A stretch of DNA of 64,000 bases from Anthoceros angustus (Eukaryota > Plantae > Anthocerotophyta). The notes under the pieces were generated by a model, which was not told the origin of the DNA, ran no database searches, and saw nothing but the letters and a program-made list of their open reading frames with translations. The stretch is taken from the NCBI GenBank assembly GCA_010909165.1, contig VJWM01000204.1, positions 279,232 through 343,231 of the forward strand, read 5' to 3'. A program made the translations under genes and the position numbers. The number at the start of each line of letters is the position of its first letter. Position 1 is the first letter of the stretch. Shown piece by piece: positions 1-10,892 of this stretch.

Positions 1-8
1 ACCCTTGC

Positions 9-920
9 TATCCACCATGAAAGGGGCCCTTTGTCAAGACTGGACGGTTAGTATCTTGCTTGTATTGTCGTCCTCCTTGCTGGTTTGCACCCAATATTTC
101 ATGCAATGTTTGTTGTTGTTTGCGCCGCATTGTGAAGCTTTGGAAGTCCAAGTGCCGTGAAGTAGTGTTAAAGATCTTGATTGACAACAACAGACCAACT
201 CTGGGTGTATTCAACATCGACATGTTGAAAAGGTTAAGTGTAAAGGTGGTTTAAGTTTTATCCTTCATTCTCTTATTGTTGTGTCGATTCTATGTTTGTC
301 GGCAGAGTATTAGCCCCACCACTAAAGATGCCGTGACCCACTAGTTTTGAGAGCATTTGGTCCTCGTTCAACATTGATGGTGCCCTAGTGTGGTGGAGGT
401 GATGCCTCCTTGGAGGCCTGTAAGCATTCCATGAGTCGTTTTGGTGTCAAGGTTTGTTTCTTTTCTTCTTTTGCGATTGGTATTTGACTTTTTGTTGCTT
501 TTTGTTGCGGTGTTGCCAATCTACCACCCTATCCACCATGAAAGCAGGGGCCCTTTGTCAAGACTGGACCGGTTAGTATCTTGTTGTATTTTGGTTCTCC
601 TTGCTGGTTTGCACCCAATATTTCATACAATGTTTGTTGTTGTTGCAGTGAAGCTTTGGAAGTCCAAGTGCCGAAAGTAGTGTTAAAGATCTTGATTGAC
701 AAGCAGACCAATTATCGGGTGTATTCAACATCGACATGTTGAAAAGGTTAAGTGTAAAGGTGGTTTAAGTTTCATCCTTCATTCTCTTATTGTGTTTGTC
801 TCGATTCTATGTTTGTCGGCAGAGTATTAGCCCCACCACTAGTTTTGAGCATTTGGTTCCTCATTTCAACATTGATGGTGCCACGAGTGTGGTGGAGGTG
901 ATGCCTCGCTTGGAGGCCTG
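9..920. repeat. Two diverged tandem copies of a ~400-bp segment (9-420 and 530-920)
   Basis: TATCCACCATGAAAG...TGGAGGCCTG occurs at 9-420 and 530-920. Both copies contain the small inverted repeat TTCAACAT-CGAC-ATGTTGAA. No protein family recognised. Confidence 0.8.
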
Positions 921-1930
921 TGTGCCAAGTCATTGTGGTGAGACTCGAATCGGAAGTGCAACAGGAAGGATTGTGGAGACACCGCCTATAGCTTTGGATA
1001 TGGTAGAGCAAAGATGGGGTTGAGAAGGGTGGTTCAAGCAGGTTTGAGCGTCTTCTTGAGATTACCCGAGAAAGGAGAATGACAGGAGAATCGAAAAGGG
1101 AATTTCAACGGCAAATGATTTAGAATCATTGATTGAGCAGAGGCGCAAGGTCGTACAACCGAGTTTCCAAGCAAAGAGAGAAAGCTTTGGAGATCCAAAG
1201 GAGAAAAATGTCGAAAGGAGGCAAGAGTATTTCAAGCAGGAAAAACTCAAACAGAAAAGGAGCAACAGAAATGCGAAGATTGCGTGGGAAAGGCGTGGAA
1301 GCAAACTATTGACAATGTTACCACTCCAGCGCCCACTTCCATCCATGGAAAACCATATAAAGTCGTAAGTTGATTTAATTGTTCCCTTGATTTTGATCGC
1401 TAATTTTACTTTAGTAGACTAAGACGGTAATGTTTGATTAGGTTCTCAACTTTCGTGAAGATGAAGAATTTCTCCAAAGCCCCTGTGTTCATCAACCGCA
1501 AACTATGATAATGTTGGACAAGTTGCCCGGTTAAACCAAGTGGTCTTGGAAACTATGTCTTCAATCTCTACAATTGTACAATCAATTTTCCAAAATAAGG
1601 TGGGAATCTTTTCTAATGAACTTTTTCTGCCTATTCGAATCATCTAATTGGTTACAAGCCTAATTTACTTTGTATATGTAGATTTGTAATTTCGAATAAG
1701 GAGGATCAACTATTCTGGTATTTTCTCTATTTTCTGTTATTTTGAATTCATGCACCGGATATACAGAAACTTTGCAAAGATGATATTTCTTTGTTGGTTT
1801 TTGTATATCCCGGATCCGCATGAATGGTATAATGAAGATGTTTCCAGATTAGCGATTGTGTTGGAATTACTAGGCCTCCTGTAGATTACAATCTACCATG
1901 GTATTTCGGCTGCACTTGCTATTCACTTTT

Positions 1931-2106
1931 GATCATTCTTTACCCTCTTGTTCTAGTTTTGATTTGGATGGTAAAATGTTTCCATTCATCGCCACGCTTT
2001 TTACTCTATATTCACTTGGTTGATCCATTCTTTACCCTCCTGTTCTAGTTTTGACTTGGATGGTAAAATGTTTCCATCCATCAGTCTATGCTTTCTACTC
2101 TATTGT
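1931..2106. repeat. ~90-bp tandem duplication
   Basis: GAT(C)CATTCTTTACCCTC..GTTCTAGTTTTGA.TTGGATGGTAAAATGTTTCCAT occurs at ~1931 and ~2021. Confidence 0.75.
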
Positions 2107-2228
2107 TACAATTTCCACCTTATTCAGTAAAAAAGTTTTACCAATTGAAAAATTCTCTCTCTTCGTTTTACCCTTTTGGCCCCGAAAAAAAACCAACTGG
2201 GCGCGTCGAGGCCCCAGACGAGGCCGCG

Positions 2229-3970
2229 ACTTTACGTGGTGTTCCATAATATCTGCATACGCTAAGCATGGGAAGCCTAACGACGCCATATAACTGTACC
2301 ATGCATCTCGATGCGCAGGTCAGGAGTGAAGGCGGATGTTCATGTCTTTGTAGCTGCCCTTCAAGGTTGTGCATTGGCCACCGACTTGGAATCTGGCAGG
2401 AAAGTACACTGCGATGTGTTGCACTTCGGCATTTCTCCTGGCACCTACGTGGTGGACATGAATGCAAAATGTGGTGAACTGAAAGATGGACGCAAGGTTT
2501 TTGACAGCATGCCCACAAAGACAAAGAATGTGGTGACATGGAATGCCCTGATAGCTGGGAATGCCCAGCAAGGGCTTGGACATGAGGCGTTTGTTGTGTA
2601 TGGACAAATGGAGCAGGAGGGCCTGCTTCTGGCTAACGATATTACTTTTGCTTGCCCTTGTGAACGCCTGTCCAAGCACTGGTGCCTTACAGACGGGCAG
2701 GCAGCTGCACTCACAGATTGTCGAAAGAGGACTGCTGGATGCGTAGTACTGGGCAACTGCCTGGTGGACATGTATGCAAAATGTGGTGAACTGGAAGATG
2801 CTCGCCAGATTTTTGAGAGCTTGGCCACGAAGGATGTGACGACATGGACCGCCCTGATTGCTGGGAGTGTTGGGCAACTGCCTGGTGGACATGTATGCAA
2901 AATGTGGTGAACTGGAAAATGCGCGCCAGGTTTTTGACAGCTTGGTCTCGAAGGATGTGTTGACATGGACGGCCCTGACTGCTGGGTATGCACAGCAAGG
3001 ATTCGGCCAAGATGCGCTTGCTGTGTATGGACAAATGGCAGAGCCGGGCCTTATTTTGGCTGACAACGTTACTTTTGCTTGCCTTCTGACAGCTTGTCCA
3101 AGCTCTGGTGTCTTACAGAAGGGCAGCTGCACTGCACATTGGTGAAGGAGGACTGCTGGATGAGGTAGTGGTTGGCACCTGCCTGGTGGACATGTATGCA
3201 AGGACTCGGCCAAGAGGCCCTTGTTGTGTGTGGACAAATGGAGGAGGCGGGCCTCGTTTCGGCTGACGATGTTATTTTTGCTTGCCTTCTGAAGGCCTGT
3301 GGAAGCACTGGTGCCTTACAGAAGGGCAGGCAGCTGCACTGGCAGATTGTTGAAAGAGGACTGCTGGATAACTTAGTGCTGGGCACCTGCCTGGTGGACA
3401 TGTATGCAAAATGTGGTGAACTGGGAGATGCACGCCAGGTTTTTGACAGCATGAACACAAAGAACGTGGTGACATGGACCGCCCTGATATCTGGGTATGG
3501 TGCTTGTGATGAAGGTCACAAGGAATAGCTTGTTTTGAGGAGATGTTAGCTGCCGGTATTCAGCCTAATAATGATGCTACTTTTAGCTGCCTTTTGGTAG
3601 CATGCAGTCATGCGGACTGGTCCACGAGGGTCGCAAGCACTTTGACTCCATGGCTGAACAGCATGGCATCAAACCTACTGTTGAGCACTACAATTGCATG
3701 ATTGATCTTCTTGGGCGTGCAGGCCATTTCGATGAGGCTGAGAAGATGCTACTGTCATGTGAGGGCCTACACGCCTATGTTCTCATGGCCAATATTAATG
3801 CAGACGCAGATGCAGGTAGGGGGACTGATGTAGACAGGATCGAGACACGGAGAAACAATGTCCTGTCAGATCTTGTGCAACTTGAAAGGGATAGGTATCA
3901 GCTCCAGCTATACACCGCTGGAGATCACTATGCATGGTCCAAGTTACAAATACGGATAGTGATCTTTTAA
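2229..3970 (+). pseudogene. PLS-class pentatricopeptide repeat (PPR) pseudogene, copy 1
   Basis: Repeated motifs LVDMYAKCGELEDARQ, DVLTWTALTAGYAQQG, DNVTFACLLKAC and C-terminal GLVHEGRKHFDSM..EHYNCMIDLLGRAGH. Internal deletions (~2865, ~3200), a lesion at ~3525 and a truncated E domain are shared with copies 2 and 3. Confidence 0.9.
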
Positions 3971-4376
3971 GGCATGTGCCAACATCTCTAACTCATCCCC
4001 ACCCCATTCATTATTCATTCGCACCACCCATCTTTCTAAGATGAAAATCCATGTCACCACCTTCCAACAAATTTTCTGTGGGTATCTCGGCGCCGCACCA
4101 GATCACACTCGTTTTGTTGCTTCGATGGTGAGAATGAACGTGTGTGCATAGTACGCATTTCAGTCGTCGAACACTTTACTTCAAAGGTGAACCAGGCATC
4201 AGCCCAGATTGATGTGGTACCCAGTCTATTCACAAGTTTCTGAAGCCAGAAACTGCCAGTACTTAGCTATGTAAATTCATCGTCGATGACATGGACATAA
4301 TGAATGAGTACGCCTGCTGGCGGGCCCTTAGCCTCCAGGGACTACTGGACAGTTTCAGAAACGATGTGCGGTAAAG

Positions 4377-5057
4377 TTAGGAGGAATCCACAAATTGGGC
4401 GAAGATGGAGTGCAATTGCTCCACCTCCTTCCCGCTGATGAAGAAGGACTTGGCCAGCAGCTCTGTTTTGATTCCTGACCCGAACAGCGAGAGTGGCATA
4501 AGCTGGAGGCCCGGGTTCTGGCTGTTGAGCACATTGAGGCTGGCGGCGTGCGTTGTGCCCACATTGAGCTGGAAGTGGAGCAAGCCTCTGGGAAGATGAA
4601 GGCCTCGCCCTTCTTCACCACCTTGGCGTACAGCTTGTTGCTGTTGGAGACGAAGCCGGTGTAAATCTCCCTTCGAGGCAGAAAAGAATCTCGGTGGCCA
4701 GGTTGTGGGTGTGGGGCATAACGACACCGCCCGGCGCCAGGTCCAGGCGCGCCAGCGACAGACCCAGCGTGTTGAGAGCAGGCCAGTCGCTCACGAAGCC
4801 GGGAGTGGCGGTGGCGTTCAATGGGTTGCCCGTGAGGTCGGCCGGCTTGCCCAGTTTAGCGAAGGCGAAATCTTCTGCTGTCACGTTGTCCGCCGGCCTG
4901 CAGGGGTAGCCGTTGATGGTCGCTCCCTTGGACAAATCGGCGACGCAGAAGTCCTGCAGAGGGTCGGATCGCTGGCAGTGACCGCAATCGCAAGCAACAG
5001 CCCTGCGATCGCGGCCACAGCACCCACAAACTGGATTGTCTTGGACACAGCCGCCAT
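4377..5057 (-). CDS. GLP: Germin-like protein GLP1 (A-type promoter), intronless; apparent frameshift in a G-run
   Basis: Signal peptide MAAVSKTIQF.., germin box [15 protein letters not shown], cupin motif 1 [14 protein letters not shown], motif 2 [16 protein letters not shown], end FVDSS*. Confidence 0.92.
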
Positions 5058-6589
5058 TGCTGATCAATGAGATGTATGGATGGGTGATGAGCTCGTATGG
5101 GCAAGTGAGGGAACGAGGGCTGTTCACTGGAGAAAGCAACCGACCGCAGCTACAAGTTTGCAAGCTCGATGTTGATGGGTGGAGATAATGAAGACAGACT
5201 GGGAGGCAGCCTCTCTTCATTGCTGCCAAGCTCACTGGTGTGGAAGTTGCAACCATGTTTGTGCCTGCAGGTCTGGTCCGTGCACAGAGGAATAGTCCGA
5301 GGAAATGGAAGGCAAGCTGCTCAGAAGATGCTTTGTGGGTCTAATTGTTGCGCGTGACATTTGCGATTGGAGAGAGACGAGTCATCACACTTCACGTTTC
5401 TTAGCAAAGTATGTAGCCTGCACGGGAAGAAGACTAAAAGGAACCGGCGCAGTGATTGACTACCTATTCATAATTTACGATTTCGTGCTTTTCAAGCTTT
5501 CCACTTAGAAGAAAAGAAGAAGAAGAATTTTGTTTAGGTCCACTAACGACGAATTTTCGTCATGGCACTTGGGTACTTGAACCATGGTGTGCCTAAGCTA
5601 CTACTAGCACCAAGAAGTCTATCATAAGCCACTTGGATGAAATTTTTCCTATCATGGCACTTGGGTACATGGCAATTTGTACCATGGTGTGCTTAAGCTA
5701 CTAACACCAAGGGCATCCACTCCCTCTAGGCACCCCATATAAATATTCGATGAAAGTACAAGATGCTTAACCCCAGATGAGACGATGAAGCTATTCAAAA
5801 CAAGTCTTTGATAATACATATCACTCCATACATGTATTTTTACCCATATTTTGAACTCACCAACTGGAGCATATATTAGGTGGCCTGGTTTTTCAATATC
5901 ATAGTTTTGAAAAAATCAAAAATCAAAAGAGTACCTCAACTTGGCCATCCATGTACCCGCACAATAAGCTATGTAGCTATGTACCTTGGACGAGAAACAA
6001 GTCTAAAGCAACCAGCGCATGGAGTGACTATTATGAATTATTAAATTCGGGACTTGGTGCTTTTCAAGCTTTCTACTTACTATGGAATTTTCGAATCATG
6101 CGACTTGGTCTTCACAACTTGTACCATGGTGTGCCCAAGCTACTAAGAGTCGTGGGCATCCACTTCTTCGACCACCCAAGTACCAATGGGATGGGTAGAT
6201 GCTCTTAACAACCACGTTCTTACAAATAAATGTGTGTCCATTTATTCTAAGCCATTTGGACTGCAAATCCATCGCCCATCAGTTATGGTGAATCGCTTAA
6301 GAATGTGGACACTTGTAACATTTCAAGCTCATCAAGGTCTAGCACCCACCTCAATCGGGAGTAGAAATGTAGAGAGTCCTTACCAAAGGAACGGGCAGTA
6401 GAAATGTAGAGAGTCCTTACGGAAGGTAGGTACTCTGATATTCCTCAAGGAAAATGGACCGTCTTACTAGGTGTACTAAGAAATGGAACATGGAACATCA
6501 AAACAACGTGGAGAGCATGTCGACATGAAGAGCAGGATTCCAGGTCTCACTCAAGCAAGACATTGTGCAATCAGTTACGCCTGAGAAAG

Positions 6590-6596
6590 TATAAAA
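6590..6596 (+). promoter_or_regulatory. Candidate TATA box of B-type GLP genes
   Basis: TATAAAA in a conserved AT-rich block (GAAAGTATAAAATTATAGATTTAACTTAGATTTAA) at the outer edge of the ~520-bp GC-rich segment in front of every B-type GLP. GLP3/4 have TATGAAA. Confidence 0.35.
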
Positions 6597-7142
6597 TTAT
6601 AGATTTAACTTAGATTTAATGTTTGACGCTGGCATAGAACTGTTGTTTCGGAATTCCAGTCTCCAGATGAGCAGCCCCAGCAGGCAGGAAGTTCAGCGCG
6701 CAGCTTCTAGGCATTTTCTTCTTCAACTTCCAACGACCATCTTCCTCTGGGCTCTCAGATCCTGCAGGCCGGGGTTTTGCAGCCGAGTATCCTTCCTGAT
6801 TCCCGATTCCAAGTGAGCAGCACTTTAGTTCCCATGTATACTCCACGTTTACGCTTGCTGGGCAGCTGCAGTCTAGACATCTCCAGTGTCGTACGGCATC
6901 ACCTCAGACCTGCTCACCGCGTTGCGAGGAATGTTTCTCCTCGTACATCGCTTGCACCTCAAGCTGCGCTCTGCGGTAGCAAGCCCGTAAAGAGCAACGC
7001 CCCCTCGTCTGTTTTCGTCCATATCCTCCTGCCGTTGATTCAGGTATCCCAGCTTGCGAATTGCGCTTGTCCCAATATCCTTCTCAAGAATCAGAGCAAC
7101 TTGCAACTCAAGGTCCCTGCACTGCTGCAGTCCACTTCCACG

Positions 7143-7823
7143 ATGGCCTCTTTAGCCAAGACAACCCAGTTTGTGGGTGCTGTGACTGCGATCGCAGGGC
7201 TGTTGCTTGCGATTGCGGTCACTGCCAGCGATTCCGACCCTCTCCAGGACTTCTGCGTGGCCGATTTGTCCAAGGAGCGACCATCAACGGCTACCCCTGC
7301 AGGCCGGCCGACAGCGTGACAGCAGAAGATTTCGCCTTCGCTAAACTGGGCAACCGGCCGACCTCACGAGCAACCCATTGAACGCCACCGCCACTCCCGG
7401 CTTCGTGAGCGACTGGCCTGCTCTCAACACGCTGGGTCTGTCGCTGGCGCGCCTGGACCTGGCGCCGGGCGGTGTCGTTATGCCCCACACCCACAACCTG
7501 GCCACCGAGATTCTTTTCTGCCTCGAAGGGAGATTTACACCGGCTTCGTCTCCAATAGCAACAAGCTGTACGCCAAGGTGGTGAAGAAGGGCGAGGCCTT
7601 CATCTTCCCCAGAGGCTTGCTCCACTTCCAGCTCAATGTGGGCACAACGCACGCCGCCAGCCTCAATGTGCTCAACAGCCAGAACCCGGGCCTCCAGCTC
7701 ATGCCACTCTCGCTGTTCGGGTCAGGAATCAAGACGGAGCTGCTGGCCAAGTCTTTCTCCATCAGCGGAAAGGAGGTGGAGCAATTGCACTCCATCTTCG
7801 CCCAATTTGTGGATTCCTCCTAA
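7143..7823 (+). CDS. GLP: Germin-like protein GLP2 (B-type promoter); small indels
   Basis: [47 protein letters not shown], assembled across ORFs 6777-7319, 7378-7584 and 7578-7823. Confidence 0.9.
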
Positions 7824-7954
7824 CTTTACCGCACATCGTTTCGGAAACTGTCCAGGGTAGACCCTGCAGGCTTAGGGCCTGCCGAAATTCATAGCTATGT
7901 ACCGAGTTGCTGGCTTCAGAATACCTGTAGTACCCTGAGAAATGTAATGTTGAC

Positions 7955-8150
7955 TGGCCGCATGCCATCGGCTCCGAAGCAATTTACAGACCACTGCACT
8001 ACTCTCTCCTTGACAGCTGTAACCAGCAATCAGTGCACGCCAGGTGACGACATCTGTTTGAGGCAACGCATCAAGCACCGGCTGTGCATGAACCATGCTC
8101 CCACAGTTCTCGTACATGATGTCAATGTCATCATGAATGCTCAGTATACA
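7955..8150 (-). pseudogene. Degenerate PPR motif remnant convergent with GLP2
   Basis: Reads MYENCGSMVHAQPVLDALPQTDVVTWRALIAGYS, a PLS S-motif pattern. Confidence 0.75.
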
Positions 8151-9079
8151 TAGCTATGTACTGCCAGTTTCTGGTTTCAGAAACTTGTGTCGAATAAACT
8201 GACCTGGGCAGATACTTGTTTCACCCTTCAAGAAAAATGTTCGACAACTTCAAGAATGCGTACTACACATGAGATTCTCACCATCAGAGCAACAAAATGT
8301 GCGTGGCTTACAGTCATCAGGTGAAATAACGCAAGGGACTTGCAGCATCTCGTGAAGGTTAGGTAGCTGGAGATTCAATCAAGAACACGCGTGGATCTTT
8401 TGTTCCATTAGTACATCATAATTACTTACATGCATGGATATTTGAATTGCCTGCAGTCGACCAAACTGAGAGCTGTGCAATCTTCCGAGACCAGGTGTGA
8501 GCAGGTTATGGTGCTCTTATTCCGGACTCGGTCCTGTCTCGCAAGGCATGGAGGAAGCACCTGGTCTCCACTGCTGCTCCGGTGCCGGCTGGAGCATGTC
8601 GCATCATATATGTATGTATGTCGCATCCATATGTATGGATGCAGTCTGCGAAGTGGGGCCTGTTGTGTGGCACTGCACCATGTGTAGTTGGAGTGGCCAG
8701 GAGCTGTGTCCTTGTTGGCAGGCCTGGTCAAGTGGTTGGCAACTTAGCTTAATTTCTGCAAAAGGGACCGTAAAGAGCAATAATGGACACGATTTGCTGT
8801 CCAGGGAAGGACACAGATCTCTACTTGTAGGAAGACGTCGAAAGATGGAACATAGAAAAGAGATAATGAAAGAGAGATTCCGAATGCTGACGTCAACCGT
8901 GGTCAGCGATGGTGATGAGCTAGGAACTTAGGAAGGTGAGAAGTGAGCTGCAGGAGTTGAACTGGAGCCCCTGGGATACTTAAGCTGCAGCTCCGGGTAG
9001 TTGGTCTGCATTCGAGGGATGAATTGGGCTGCTGCCGAGGGATAACTGAGCTGGTTTGTGTCACGAGAAGGTCTGCAAC

Positions 9080-10166
9080 ATGGAAGTCGACAATGCAGGA
9101 GGACTGATCAAACCGGGATCTGGGTGGCGTTTTTGAGTGCCCTGTTGCTTCTCTTCTGCACCATCCTGTGGGTTGTCGTGCAAAGGCGGCGGCAGGATGG
9201 ATCGATGCCATCAGGTCCCAAGTGTTGGCCCATTTTGGCTCAATGTTTGAGATGTACTACAACTTTGAGAGGATGTATGACTGGGTTACAGACTACATGG
9301 TCACCGGAACTAGCCTCACCTTCTCAGCCCGCGTGGAGGCCAGACCTACCTGTTTACAGCTGATCCCGCCGTCTGTGAGCATATTCTCAAGACCAACTTC
9401 CCCAACTACCCCAAGCTACACACCACCTGCCAGCAACAGCTGTGAGGGACTACTCAACATGTATGTGCGTTACGTTGTATAGGCAATGAAAACATCATAT
9501 GGGCAGGGGCACTACTACAATGCAAGGGCCTTCCCGGGAAGCCTTCCACACGATGATGGAACCTTTGCCGGGAGATGGCATCTTCAATACGGATGGGGAG
9601 ATGTGGAAGAAGCAACGGAAGACAGCCAGCTTCGAGTTTTCATCCAAGGTCCTTCGTGATTTCAGCTCAGTTGTGCACCGAAGCGATGCGCTCGCTCTTG
9701 CCTCTTTGGTCACCTGCGCTTGCTTCGACCACAAATCTCTCGAGATGCAGGGGACCCACATGCTCACCGATTGTCTGCACTGAAAGGGATTTTGCCGTTT
9801 GGCTGAGTCAGGGTTCAACCTTCAGGTTTTGACTTCATTGTGTCCAGGACCTAAGGTTCTTGCGCCTGACCCTGGCTGACCCTGGATTCCATCTGTAAAG
9901 TTGCCTTTGGGGTGGATGTGGGAAGCCTGTCACCTCATTTGCCGGATGTCCCCTTTGCTCGGGCATTTGAACAAGCGAGCGGAAATTGCAGCGATCGATT
10001 CGTGGACCCACTGTGGAAACTGAAACGCAGATTACATCTCGGTGAAGAATCTACCTTGCCCAAAAGCCGCTCGTACCTGGATGCTTTCACCTATCGAGTT
10101 ATCCCTGTCCGAAGAGGGAAACTGGAAGCTGTTGCACACTCAAACCTGACGCAAGATGAGAAACCG
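9080..10166 (+). pseudogene. CYP704: Cytochrome P450 CYP86-clan (CYP704-like) N-terminal half, 3 exons, truncated in intron 3
   Basis: TM anchor, GPKCWPI, TADPAVCEHILKTNFPNYPK, MEPL.GDGIFNTDGEMWKKQRKTASFEFSSKVLRDFS, DSICKVAFGVDVGSL..RFVDPLWKLKR. No I-helix, ExxR or heme FxxGxRxC follows. Confidence 0.85.
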
Positions 10167-10892
10167 GTGAGGCTACTCTATCCCCAACCGTTTGCTCATT
10201 GCTTTCATCTTCCTGTCTTCTAAGTTTGGATGTTTACAAGTCGGTTTTGGGGGAATGGGTTGTGAGAGAAGCTTCCTCCAAAGCCAAAGCGTCCCACTTT
10301 TGAAGAGCAAGCTGCAGCAAAGATGTAGCAAGCTCAATGGCTAGCTAGGTAGCTCACTTTTGTCTTCAAACGTAAGTTCAACTAGAGAGCTGTTTGCGTT
10401 ATCTCAACTTCTGTGTACAACCATGTCTTTGGTGTACCGTCTTTCTGTAATGATTTCTGAGAGATCTGGAAGCGTAAAGGAATGAATCAAACACCAGGTT
10501 GTAGGTCACCATGACCCATCTGCACAGCTGTGCTTCTCAAGATCGTCCTCTGGAATAGCGTTATTCCACCAGATGACTGTTAGCCATACACATTTTGTTG
10601 CCCTGATGGTGAGAAACGAATCTAGTCCTCGAATTCCAGTCACATGTGTGAAACGCATTCCAGTCGTCCAACATTACTTGAAAGGTGAAACACGCATCAG
10701 CCCAGATCGATGTGGTACCCAGTCTATTCACAAGTTTCTGAAGCCAGAAACTGCCAGTACATAGCTATGTAAATTCATCGTCGACGACATGGACATAATG
10801 TATGAGTACTCCAGGACGATGGACTAGCAGTACTGGCAGGCCCTAAGCCTGCAGGGACTACTGGACAGTTTTAGAAACGATGTGCGGTAAAG

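Noticed and set aside
2320-3237. Long antisense ORFs over PPR and GLP genes (e.g. 305 aa at 2320-3237; 236 aa at 37036-37746; many 70-150 aa ORFs over GLPs)
   Set aside because: These are shadow frames of GC-rich repetitive coding sequence with no independent motifs.
3600-3970. DYW deaminase domain on the PPR genes
   Set aside because: No HxE..CxxC or DYW-type terminus is seen in any PPR copy or remnant.
6777-7142. ~120-aa in-frame N-terminal extension of B-type GLPs
   Set aside because: Open in GLP2, but GLP8/10 have an in-frame TAG (CCG TAG) and GLP3/4 are frameshifted. The downstream ATG already gives a normal signal peptide.
8480-8650. Possible further PPR E-domain relic (WSPLLLRCRLEH..SYMYV..IHMY)
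   Set aside because: Similarity is too weak to support by eye; it needs an HMM search.
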